Assembly (NCBI RefSeq): GCF_006345805.1
Contig: NC_043010.1
Span: 57,598,001 to 57,662,000, forward strand
Source: Octopus sinensis
Taxonomy: Eukaryota
Length of the DNA: 64,000 nt
Reading direction: 5' to 3'
The position numbers and the translations under genes were made by a program. Under the pieces are notes generated by a model that was not told the origin of the DNA, made no database searches, and saw only the letters and a program-made list of their open reading frames with translations. Positions 38,668 through 48,814 of this stretch are shown piece after piece (positions within the stretch are counted from its first letter, which is position 1; each line of letters starts with the position of its first letter).

Positions 38668-39888
38668 TCACTTGTCCTGACGGGTCTTCTCGCGCACAGC
38701 ACACTTCCAGAGGTCTCGGTCTCTAGTCATTTCCTCAGTGAGACCTAAAGTTCGAAGGTCGTGCTTCACCACCTCGTCCCAGGTTTTCCTGGGTCTGCCT
38801 CTTCCACAGGTTCCCTCAACCGCTAGGGTGTGGCACTTTTTCACACAACTATCTTCATCCATTCTCGCCACATGACCATACCAGCGCAAACGTCTCTCTT
38901 GCACACCACAACTGATGCTTCTTAGGTCCAGCTTTTCTCTCAAGGTACTTACACTCTGCCGAGTGTGAGTACCGGCATTACACATCCATCGGAGCATACT
39001 GGCTTCATTTCTAGCGAGCTTACGCATATCCTCAGCAGTCACGGCCCATGTTTCACTGCCATGTAGCATGGCTGTTCGTACACACGCATCATACAGTCTG
39101 CCTTTCACTCTGTGCGAGAGGCCTTTTGTCACCAGCAGAGGTAAGAGCTCTCTGAACTTTGCCCAAGCTATTCTTACTCTAGCAGTTACACTTTCAGCAC
39201 ACCCGCCCCCGCTGCTGACTTGGTCACCTAGGTAACGGAAACTATCAACTATTTCTAGTTTTTCTCCCTGGAAAGTGACGGAAGTTGGTCTCAGAGCATT
39301 TTCAGTGTTTATTGTTCCTGAGCATCTGCCACATACAAAAACCATCTTCCTAGTTAGCCTTCCTTTGACATTGCTGCATCTCTTACGTGTCCATAGCTTA
39401 CACTTGGTGCATCTTATAGAGTTTCTACCTACACCTTTTCTACAGATCGAGCAGGGCCATCTACCTGAAGGTGTTTGTGATTTGTCTACCTTCCTACTGA
39501 TTACGACTTTGGTTTTAGCTAGATTGACTCTGAGGCCCTTCGATTCTAATCCTTGTTTCCACACCTGAAACTTCTCCTCCAGTTCTGATAGCGACTCAGC
39601 AATTAGAGCAAGGTCATCAGCATAGAGGAGCTCCCAAGGGCATCCTGTCTTGAATTCCTCCGTTATTGCCTGGAGGACTATGATAAATAGGAGGGGGCTG
39701 AGTACTGAGCCTTGGTGGACCCCAACCTCTACCCGGAATTCTTCACTGTACTCATTTCCAACCCTTACCCTACTAGCGGCGTCCCTATACATGGCCCGCA
39801 CAGCTCTCACTAACCATTCATCTATCCCTAGTTTTCTCATTGACCACCAGATAAGGGATCGGGGGACCCTGTCGAAGGCTTTCTCCAT
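38668..39888 (-). CDS. RTE ORF, C-terminal part (RT core with YADD, Cys-rich insertion, C-terminal domain)
   Basis: 406-aa ORF with YADD and QG-x-VLSP motifs. It continues the upstream ORF after a 1-nt frameshift. Confidence 0.9.
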   Translation of the reverse strand: MEKAFDRVPRSLIWWSMRKLGIDEWLVRAVRAMYRDAASRVRVGNEYSEEFRVEVGVHQGSVLSPLLFIIVLQAITEEFKTGCPWELLYADDLALIAESLSELEEKFQVWKQGLESKGLRVNLAKTKVVISRKVDKSQTPSGRWPCSICRKGVGRNSIRCTKCKLWTRKRCSNVKGRLTRKMVFVCGRCSGTINTENALRPTSVTFQGEKLEIVDSFRYLGDQVSSGGGCAESVTARVRIAWAKFRELLPLLVTKGLSHRVKGRLYDACVRTAMLHGSETWAVTAEDMRKLARNEASMLRWMCNAGTHTRQSVSTLREKLDLRSISCGVQERRLRWYGHVARMDEDSCVKKCHTLAVEGTCGRGRPRKTWDEVVKHDLRTLGLTEEMTRDRDLWKCAVREKTRQDK

Positions 39889-41489
39889 GTCAACAAAAGC
39901 AGGTACAGGGGCTTATCTTTGGCTAGGTATTTCTCCTGCAGCTGCCTTACCAGGAATATAGCATCAGTAGTACTTTTCCCTGGCACAAACCCAAACTGCA
40001 TCTCATCTAAACTAACTCTCTCTCCAATTAGTTGGGCTATGATCCTCTCCGTAACCTTCATCACCTGGTCCAACAGCTTGATACCTCTGTAGTTATTTGT
40101 ATCTAGGGCATCACCTTTACCTTTGTAGCAGTTGACTATTATACTGCTACACCAGTCATTGGGTATGACCCCTTTGTGTATCACCTGATTAACTATATGG
40201 GTGACTAGGCTATAGCCGACACTACCAGACATTTTGAGCATCTCTGCAGTGATTCCTGATGGGCCTGGGGCTTTCCCTGTCTTCATGCTTCTAATTGCCT
40301 TAGCTACCACAGAACTATCAACTCGGATAGCTGGTCCCTCTGTTGGGTCAACATTCGGCAGACTCTCTTTATCCCATTCATTTTCTTCATTCAGCAACCT
40401 TTCATAGTGGCATCTCCAAACCTCTCTCTTTGCATCCTCATTTAGCGCAAGTGAACCATCTTCCATGCGAACACACTTCTCTCCTACCACATCACGATTC
40501 TCTCTCACACACTGTCTTGCAACACGAAACACCTCCAGTCTTTGGTCCTCACGGCGCAGAACATTGGCAAATTTTTTCTTATCTGCTTCCCCTCTGGCTA
40601 AATAAACCTGTCTCCTAGCTTCTCTTTTGGCAGTCTGATACAATTCCCTGCTACCCCCATTTTTCCAGACCTTCCAAGCCTGTCTCTTTTCTCTAATAGC
40701 CCTGTCTACAATATTGTTCCACCACCACGTTATTCTAGGTCGAGAGGGGACTTTGCACCAGCCACAGATCTGGTCAGTGGCTCTCAGCAGGTTGTCCCTT
40801 AGAAACGTCCAGCTGTCTTCTACCCCCTGTGATGCTCTATCCCCTTCTACTTCGTCAGAGGCTTCAAGTAATATGTCCCTAAATCTCTGTCCATTTGCAG
40901 GATCTTTAAGCTTCCAGATCCTTCTTCTCCATATTTGTCGTCTTCTGGTTGTCCTCCTAGTCCTGATCCTAAAGTCACTAACTACCAGTCTATGTTGTGG
41001 GGTACATTCTTCACCTGGGAAGGTTTTGGCATTTATAAGCAGCCATCTCTCCCTTTGCCTTGTAAGGATGTAGTCTATTTGGCTGGTATGTTGGCCCGAT
41101 TGGTAAGTGACTAGGTGGCTGGTAGGTTTCCTGAAGTTAGTGTTGCAAATCATAAGATTATTTGCATCGCAGAACTCCAGCAGCCTGGTTCCCTCCTCGT
41201 TGCGGGAGCCATAGCCATAGCCTCCATGTACGCCATGGAAGCCCCCAGCATGTCGTCCAACGTGACCATTGAAGTCACCAGCCACAAAAATAAGGTCTCT
41301 GTCGTTCGTCAATGAGGTAGTCTGCAGTAGAGTGTCATAGAATCGGTCTTTCTGTCCATCGGGTAGCCCCGACTGAGGAGCATAGGCTGATATAATGGTT
41401 GCTAAACTATGACGAAGCACTAATCTAATCTTAAGTATTCTGTCACTTACTCTGATTACCTCAATTACTTTATCTACCCATTTCTCAGC
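39837..41489 (-). CDS. RTE ORF, N-terminal part (truncated APE endonuclease, linker, RT N-terminus)
   Basis: 527-aa ORF in the track, extendable upstream without a stop. It shifts frame near 39900, so it is not a complete protein. Confidence 0.9.
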   Translation of the reverse strand, partial: AEKWVDKVIEVIRVSDRILKIRLVLRHSLATIISAYAPQSGLPDGQKDRFYDTLLQTTSLTNDRDLIFVAGDFNGHVGRHAGGFHGVHGGYGYGSRNEEGTRLLEFCDANNLMICNTNFRKPTSHLVTYQSGQHTSQIDYILTRQRERWLLINAKTFPGEECTPQHRLVVSDFRIRTRRTTRRRQIWRRRIWKLKDPANGQRFRDILLEASDEVEGDRASQGVEDSWTFLRDNLLRATDQICGWCKVPSRPRITWWWNNIVDRAIREKRQAWKVWKNGGSRELYQTAKREARRQVYLARGEADKKKFANVLRREDQRLEVFRVARQCVRENRDVVGEKCVRMEDGSLALNEDAKREVWRCHYERLLNEENEWDKESLPNVDPTEGPAIRVDSSVVAKAIRSMKTGKAPGPSGITAEMLKMSGSVGYSLVTHIVNQVIHKGVIPNDWCSSIIVNCYKGKGDALDTNNYRGIKLLDQVMKVTERIIAQLIGERVSLDEMQFGFVPGKSTTDAIFLVRQLQEKYLAKDKPLYLLLLTWRKPSTGSPDPLSGGQ

Positions 41490-41543
<54 letters not shown>

Positions 41544-41549
41544 ATGCAG

Positions 41550-41632
41550 CCATCTGGTTCACCAGACCTCAGTCAGTCAAATCGTCCAACCCATGCTAGC
41601 ATGGAAAGTGGACATTAAATGATGATGATGTG
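41550..41632 (+). mobile_element. RTE extreme 3'-tail copy
   Basis: gtcaaatcgtccaacccatgctagcatggaaagtggacattaaatgatgatgatg. Confidence 0.75.
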
Positions 41633-42079
41633 AATGTAAAATGAATAAAAAAAATCAATGAAAAATCTCTTTTCTTTGGGCATTTACGATTAAATATGGT
41701 TGAAGGGAGGCAATAAATGGTTTAATAAAATGGTCTAAATTGGAAATTTATAAAGCCACCGGTCAGTTCCTTGATAAACTACCTGGTACACCTAATCACT
41801 GAAATAAATTAATCAATCAAGTAACTGATTGGCTAAACAATCAATGAAATAAGTTGCAATATATATATATATATATATATCCATAATTAATAAATTAATG
41901 AGTACATATTGATATACTTGCAAAATAATTATGCTCCAGCATTGCCACAGCGCAAGGAATAAAACCAATGAAACAACAGATTAATAAACTGATGCACAGA
42001 GAAACATTTGCAACTCAGATTCTCATGGAGTTGTATAAACTTATTCAAATATTTTATTTTTCTGTTGTTGATGGTTAGA

Positions 42080-42630
42080 AATACATCTGCAGTGTTGCTA
42101 ATAATTAGTAACATCTTGTGTTGCTAATACCTGGTGACATATCTGTTGTGTTGCATTTAATCAGGTGAATCAGCTCTGTTGCTTATGGTCAGTCATACCT
42201 TTTGCGTTGCTAATGACTCAAACACTATGATTAAGACTGCATCATTTGTATTATCAATAGCTCAGTTGGGTTAGCTAATTATTAGCAACAGATAGTATGT
42301 TGAGAATGATTATATCAATGTTTCTTGTGTGCTAATGGCTATAACTACAGATGTTGTTTGGCAAGTGACAATACTGACTTTGGTTGTGATGCTAAATTTT
42401 ATAATTGTCTCTGTTGTGGTGCTAACGGAATATCCCCCCTCTCTCTCATCTCTGGCTTTGCTAATTACTGCAACAATACCTTTGTTAACACAAACTCATC
42501 TGCTGTGCTGCTAATGTCATTAGCAACACCTGTTACTTTGCTAATGATCATAAACAGGCTTACAGAGTTGCTAATGACTCTGACCTCATCTGTTGTGTTG
42601 CTAATGCCAGTACAGCTAACAATTAGCCCC
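42080..42630. repeat. Degenerate about 30-bp array with conserved TGCTAAT core
   Basis: TGCTAA at about 42096, 42122, 42208, 42330, 42390, 42420, 42459, 42509, 42539, 42569 and 42599. Confidence 0.7.
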
Positions 42631-43903
42631 AATGAGTGCAAACTGCTACACCTTATTAGTTGATACTTCAGAAATGAATGTTAGAAAGAAAGAAACACGA
42701 CCAGTTTATTGTTCGAAGATCTCCAACTTTGGCAATCAGCGCCGTGTAAGTTGTGTGGCTGCTTACACAGCCTCAGGTCTTCATTGATGAGATTTTCCAG
42801 AAGGTAACAGGAATGTATGAGAGATGCTGGAGGGCAGAGTGAATTTCCTCTCAGTAACAATGTAATAAAAATAATGCTCCATCATGTACGGCTTGCAAAT
42901 GGAATTGAGGAAATAACTTCTCCTGTCTCTCTCTCTCTCCCTTACTCTCCTACTCTTTTTTTATATTACTCTTTACTCTCTCTATCTCTCTCTCTGCCTA
43001 TCATATATGTGTGCATGAATATACATACATATTTACATATATACACACATATATATATTTATATATGTATACGTGTGTGTGCGTATGTATATATGTGTGT
43101 GACATAAATATACATACATATATATGCATCTATTTTATATATACATATATATGTCTGTGTGTGTGTGTGTGTGAGTGTGTGCATATAACTGCTCTTTCCC
43201 TCACTCTGTTTCTCATTTCTCTCGATTCTCCTCCTCCTCCTCCTCTGCCTATGTCCACCTAAACTACCAGTGGTTATGGTGACAACCAAGTTTATATGTG
43301 ACATAGGAGTGTGTGTGTGCATGTGTGTGTGTGTGTGTGCATGTGTGAATAAGTCAAAATGGACCCACAGGGTGGAACTATGACTGGCTTCGTATGTGTA
43401 TGAGTGTATCTATATGTATTTGATGGTGTGCGTATGTGTGTGTATGTATTAGTGTATCTCTATGTGTGTGTATGTTTTGATGTGTCTATATATCTATGTA
43501 TATTTTGTTGTGTCTGTATATATGTGTGCATAGGTATGTGTATGTGTATATCTATAAGAATGTAGGCATTGATGTGGCTATGTATGTGTATACGTGTGTG
43601 TGTGTGTGTGTGTGTGTGTACATATATATTGGTTTGTTGATATGTATGATTGTGTATGTATAAATTTTTATGTGTTGTGTCCATATGTGTGTGAGCGTAT
43701 TAGCATGTGTGTCTGTGTGCGTGTCTAAGACTATGCATCTGAATGTGTGTGTGTGTGCGCATGTTTGTGTGTGTGTGCGCACATGTGTGTTGGTGTGTTT
43801 CAAAGTGTGTGTGATCCATATGTAAATGCATGTATGTGTTGGTGTGTCTGTAAGTGCGTGTGTATATGTATGTCTATGCATGCACATGTGTATAAGCTTG
43901 TGC

Positions 43904-43934
<31 letters not shown>

Positions 43935-44187
43935 TTTTAATGAAGTTAATACATTTTTTGTTCTATTTTCCACTTTTTCTGGACTTCATATATTTTTCTC
44001 TCATTTTTTACTTTTCTTGTTATTTGTGTTGTTGTTGTTGTTGTTGCTGTTACTGTTGTTATCATTATTATTATTGTCATCATCATCATCATCATCGTTG
44101 TTGTTGTTGTTGTTGTTGTTGTTACCCTTTCTGCTGTTACTATTGTTGTTGCTGGTATGACTGACGTTGCTGTTACTGTTGTTGTTG

Positions 44188-44218
<31 letters not shown>

Positions 44219-45789
44219 CATTATTGCTGTTGTTGTTGTTGTTTTGTTGTTACTGTTATCCTTGCTACTGTTACCACTATTGTTGTTGTTATTATTATTG
44301 TTGTTGTTCACCATCCACTTTGCATGAAAGATAAAGAAATATAAAAAAAAAGAAACTGTCTAATAAAAGAAGAGCCACATTCACCACCACCACCGCCTCC
44401 CCCTCATCCTCCTCCTCTTTTTCTTCCCCTCCCCCCCAACCTTCCACCCTTCACATGCCTGAAACAGTTTGCCATCAATTATTTGCCATGGGATTTACAG
44501 GCTACAGCTCAACACTTTACCTCTGCATGCACTCCCTCCCCCCCACTCACATCCCCCACCCCCTCTCTCTCTCTCTGTCTTAAGAATGGTAAATTCCAGT
44601 TTCCTAGAAGCCATGTCTGCTACACAGATAAGGAGTCAGTTAAAGCTAGTTTATTGGTATGGATGTGCAGACTTTTATTTCCACTACATCACTCTCTCGC
44701 TCTCTCTCTCCTTTTCTCCTTCAAACTCCTCCATCAACACCCCCACCCCTACCCTCTCCTCTCTCTCTCTTTTTTTTTTACCATTTCTTTCTGGTTCCAT
44801 TCAGATGGTCTCAACAGGAATTTATTCACTTCTTCATTGAAATCATCTGATTTTTCTCTTTGAGTTTTCATTTAACACCAGAGAAAATGAGAGAGAGAGA
44901 AAGAGAGAGAGAGAAAGGGAGAGAGAGAGAAAGGGAGAGAGAGAGAGAGGGAGACCTAGAGTGAAATAACTAATCTTGTTTTCTGTTTTTCAATATTTTT
45001 ATTTAAAATTTTCCTATTTTAATTCTTTCCCCATTTTTCTTTTATTATATTTTCTGAGTTCTTTAAAATATTTTTTTTTATATCCGTGACCCTTTTTTTA
45101 TTTTTATCTTCCTCTTATTTTTCTTTTATTTTTTCTCCTTTCCTTTTTAAAATTCTATTAATTTTCCAAAGTAATTCCAATATTTCTGAGTTGTAGTTAG
45201 GTGAGGTGGGTTGACAAGGTGCCGGCCTGCTGCTTCAATAAACAACATTTTTCACCCAAGAAGAAGCCACTAGAACATTCACTCGACCTGCTAGAAATAG
45301 GAACCAAATCTCCTATCACACAACAAAAGATAGAGGATGACATATTAAACAATGCAGTCCAAGGTACACTGTGTCATAAAATAAGGATTGGATGATTAGA
45401 GCGGAAATACTCTCTGTCAGAGATCCATTTGCTTCGAGTGGAACTGGGGCCAAACAGCAACAACAACAATACTTCCTCCACTTGACACTCCTATTCAAAT
45501 GTCTCCTTTATTTGCACAAACCACCCCTTTTCAGTCCTTCCACCTCAGAATATTATCCGTCTGGAATCCTCTCTTCCCAGCTCATGTCTTTCCTGCCAGT
45601 CTTGTTGACCTGCAAATTTCTAATCAAAGCATCACTCTTCTCACCAGTCACAAAGAACCTGCTAAACGTCATCACCTTGGCTAGGGGATGTTTTGGCACA
45701 GCTCTCTTGGCGCTGCCCATTTTGGCATTGCTGATTTCATGCTGACTTAATGCACATCAGACATTTTGAAGTTTCTCTCATTCTAGTAT

Positions 45790-45817
45790 ATCTCTCTCTC
45801 TCTCTCTCTCTCCCTCC

Positions 45818-45893
<76 letters not shown>

Positions 45894-45920
45894 TTTCTTT
45901 CTTTCTTCTTATCTTTCTTT

Positions 45921-45959
<39 letters not shown>

Positions 45960-46160
45960 CCTTCTCTTTCTCCCTCCCTTCCTTTCCTTTTCTTTCTTTC
46001 TCTCTCTCTCTCCCTCCCTTCCTTTTCATTTCTTTCTCTGTCTCTCCCTCTCTCTTCCTTTTCATTTCTTTCTCTCTCTATCTCTCTCTCCCTCCCTCCC
46101 TCTCTCTCTCCCTCCCTTCCTTTCCTCTTTCTCTCTCTCTTTCTCTCTCCCTCCCTCTTT
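45790..46160. repeat. (TTTC)n/(TC)n polypyrimidine tract
   Basis: Direct inspection. Confidence 0.95.
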
Positions 46161-46234
46161 CTCTTAATGTATATGAGAAGAGAGAAAGTGTTTAGGTCAA
46201 TCATGTTTAATATATAAATCATAATGTCTTTCCT

Positions 46235-46265
<31 letters not shown>

Positions 46266-46394
46266 TTGTATATGTATATTTCCCTACACACTTGCATATG
46301 TGTGTGTGTTTGTGAGGGGGGGCATGTTTGCCTCCAGTACCATAACTAAAACAGGCTGAATGTTCAGTCAGTTGTCCGCATCATTTCATAGCGC

Positions 46395-46713
46395 CGCCTC
46401 GACTGGCTTCAGTGCCGGTGGCACATAAAAAGCACCATCCGAACATGGCCAATGCCAGCACCACCTTGGCTGGCTTCCGTGCCAGTGGCATGTTAAAAGC
46501 ACCAACCGATCGTGGCCGATGCCAGACTCCCCTAGCACCTGTGCAGGTGGCACGTAAAAAGCACCCACTACACTCGTGGAGTGGTTGGCGTTAGAAAGGG
46601 CATCCAGCTGTAGAAACACTGCCAGATCAGACTGGAGCCTGGTGCAGCCCCTGGCTTCCCAGACCCCAGTTGAACCGTCCAACCCATGCTAGCATGGAAA
46701 ACGGACGTTAAAC

Positions 46714-46750
<37 letters not shown>
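46395..46750 (+). mobile_element. RTE 3' UTR copy
   Basis: Three gtgccggtggca/aaaagcacc modules followed by the conserved tail and (GAT)n. Confidence 0.85.
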
Positions 46751-46751
<1 letters not shown>

Positions 46752-47708
46752 GACTCAGCATGTAAAGAAAGAGAAAAAGGAAAACCAACCATTCTGTGCA
46801 TCTTACTTTTTTCCCTGAAGAACATTATTTCTCTCTTGATTGAACTAACTGTAAATAAGTACCATGTGGAGGTACAATGCTCTAAACCCACCTTGATGCC
46901 CTGGGACAATCCACTACTCCAGATGGAAATAAGTGCCTTGTAAAAGCACAGTTCAGCTGGTTGTAAATAGGTGCCACATATAAATACTTGTGTGTGTGTG
47001 TGTGTGGTGTGTGTGTGTGTGTGTGGTGTGTGTGTGTGTGTGTGTGTGTGTGTGCATGTGTGTGTGTGTAGGCCTTTTTGGAAAGTTTATTATTAGTACT
47101 GTCAGCATCATCATCAACATCACCATCATCATTATTATTACTGGTTCTTGAAGTGTACACATGTGTATTCATTTTCCCCTGAAACCAGAACATATTCATA
47201 TCATTACCCAATGAATTTTCCTTAGACTACTTGCTAAAAAAGGATTATAAGATTCCGAGACATGCTTGCCTTCAATACTTAGGGTATAGACAATTAAAAA
47301 GAATGTTTTCTTATTTATTTGCAGACAACATTTTTCTTTTTTGAAATGGTCACCAAGCAAGAGAGAACATTGCAACGGCTGATGAAGAGACAGAGAACAA
47401 CACAAAAACAAAATATACAACTGAATGAATAGAAAGAAGCAAAGAACAAACAATTAAATGAACAATTAGTACATAAAAATATTCCAAACAATCTAACAGG
47501 TAGTTTTGAAGATGGCAATAGTAACAACATCATATAGTAATTGTGTGAAAGTAAATTTTTATGGGAGAATTTTGTAAGACCAAATAGTATTTCTTTGATT
47601 CATTAGCTAATTCAAGAATGAGCAAAAAGAAAAATTATATATAACATTATGTATTTTAACAAAACTGGAACTCGACTTAAGTATGTCTCTCAATAAGATT
47701 TATTACAG

Positions 47709-47979
47709 GTACTTCAGGATGTCTCAGAAAAAATCCTTTCAACCAAAAATGGAAATGTTATGGAATCATCTGATGTGACTTCAAAACTGAAGACTCAACT
47801 GAAAGCACTTGTTGAAATTCTAAGACATACCTCTTCCTATATGTTTGTGCCCCAGGATATGGGTCACAGAAACACAAGAGTGGAAATAAAAGACATCAGA
47901 ACTCACATAGTTCCATGGCTAGTAGTCACTTCTGTATCACAGTATGAGAGAGGGGTCAAAGAAGGACTAATGAAAGGTG
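47709..47979 (+). other. Candidate exon or decayed ORF segment
   Basis: ttacag|GTA CTT CAG..., then 90 open codons (VLQDVSEKILSTKNGNVMESSDVTSKLKTQLKALVEILRH...) and donor GGTG|gtatgt. No recognisable domain. Confidence 0.25.
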
Positions 47980-48208
47980 GTATGTTGTCAGGGGGCCTCA
48001 AAATGAATTTGTAAATCCTGAGGCCCTCCACCCCAGAAGCCTCCATAACAATACAGAAACTAGGCCCAGGTGAAGGTTATGAGACAAAGAACATGGGACT
48101 GATGGCAGAAATTTTTAGTGGCAACATTTATTGGGGTAAGAATCATCTCAGAGCTTCTTGTCTTGGAGACCAATAGTACATCTCCAGCATTAGAAGCTGT
48201 GCAAAGGC

Positions 48209-48257
<49 letters not shown>

Positions 48258-48260
<3 letters not shown>

Positions 48261-48814
48261 GCCCTGATGCAGTACCAGGCAGTGGCTCTCATGGCTTCTG
48301 ATCTTAACTGATTGGAAGTGTCATCATGTACATTGTTTTGTCTTGGTATAAAAGATGGGCTACAGCAAATATTCTGCTCAATACCACAGTTTTGCTTGTC
48401 AGTTGTTTGACCTTAACCAGTTGAGCATGTCCCTTAGTGGCTGACGATATGTGCATCTCTGATCACAAGCAGAAGTAGTGGGAGAGCATCATAGCCATGT
48501 GTTGAGAGGGATTCTTTGGGGTTTGAATAATTCACCTTTGGAAACATGGGTGGTTCTTTCAACATCCTTAAACAACCCTTATTCAGGGACCTTTTGAGCG
48601 GGATGGGCTACTCAACCTGAAAAAAATTCTAACTGGGCCCCACCTGCAAGGTCATGTGCTGTTTATCTTAATATGAGATCACCATGTCGCGCACATATGG
48701 TTGTGATGTATGTGCCTGGTGTACCCTTATCAGACGGGTAGTCATGATGGGTATATTGGACTTCGTATATTTTACCCCAGTGTCACTTTGATGGCATGCA
48801 CTGCTCTCTCACTC
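48258..48814. mobile_element. About 560-bp non-coding interspersed element embedded in (AAT)n
   Basis: Higher-GC unique block with sharp (AAT)n borders on both sides. No ORF of note. Family unassigned. Confidence 0.5.

Larger units (their letters stand above)
38055..41490 (-). mobile_element. RTE-clade non-LTR retrotransposon, 5'-truncated, about 3.4 kb (partial AP endonuclease + RT + 3' UTR + (GAT)n tail)
   Basis: Minus ORFs 39837-41420 (IISAYAPQ, GDFNGHVG, SQIDYIL; RT start NYRGIKLL, QFGFVPGKSTTDAIF) and 38668-39888 (EKAFDRV, GVHQGSVLSPLLF, LLYADDL, FRYLG, RRLRWYGHV, RGRPRKTW). The frame stays open upstream to about 41489 (EKWVDKVIEVIRVSDRILKIRL) and is then cut by (TA)n. The 3' end is a (CAT)n tract on the + strand. 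Confidence 0.95.

Noticed and set aside
42080-42630. CRISPR-like repeat-spacer appearance
   Set aside because: Eukaryotic context, cores only about 7-10 nt, spacers related to each other, and no cas genes.
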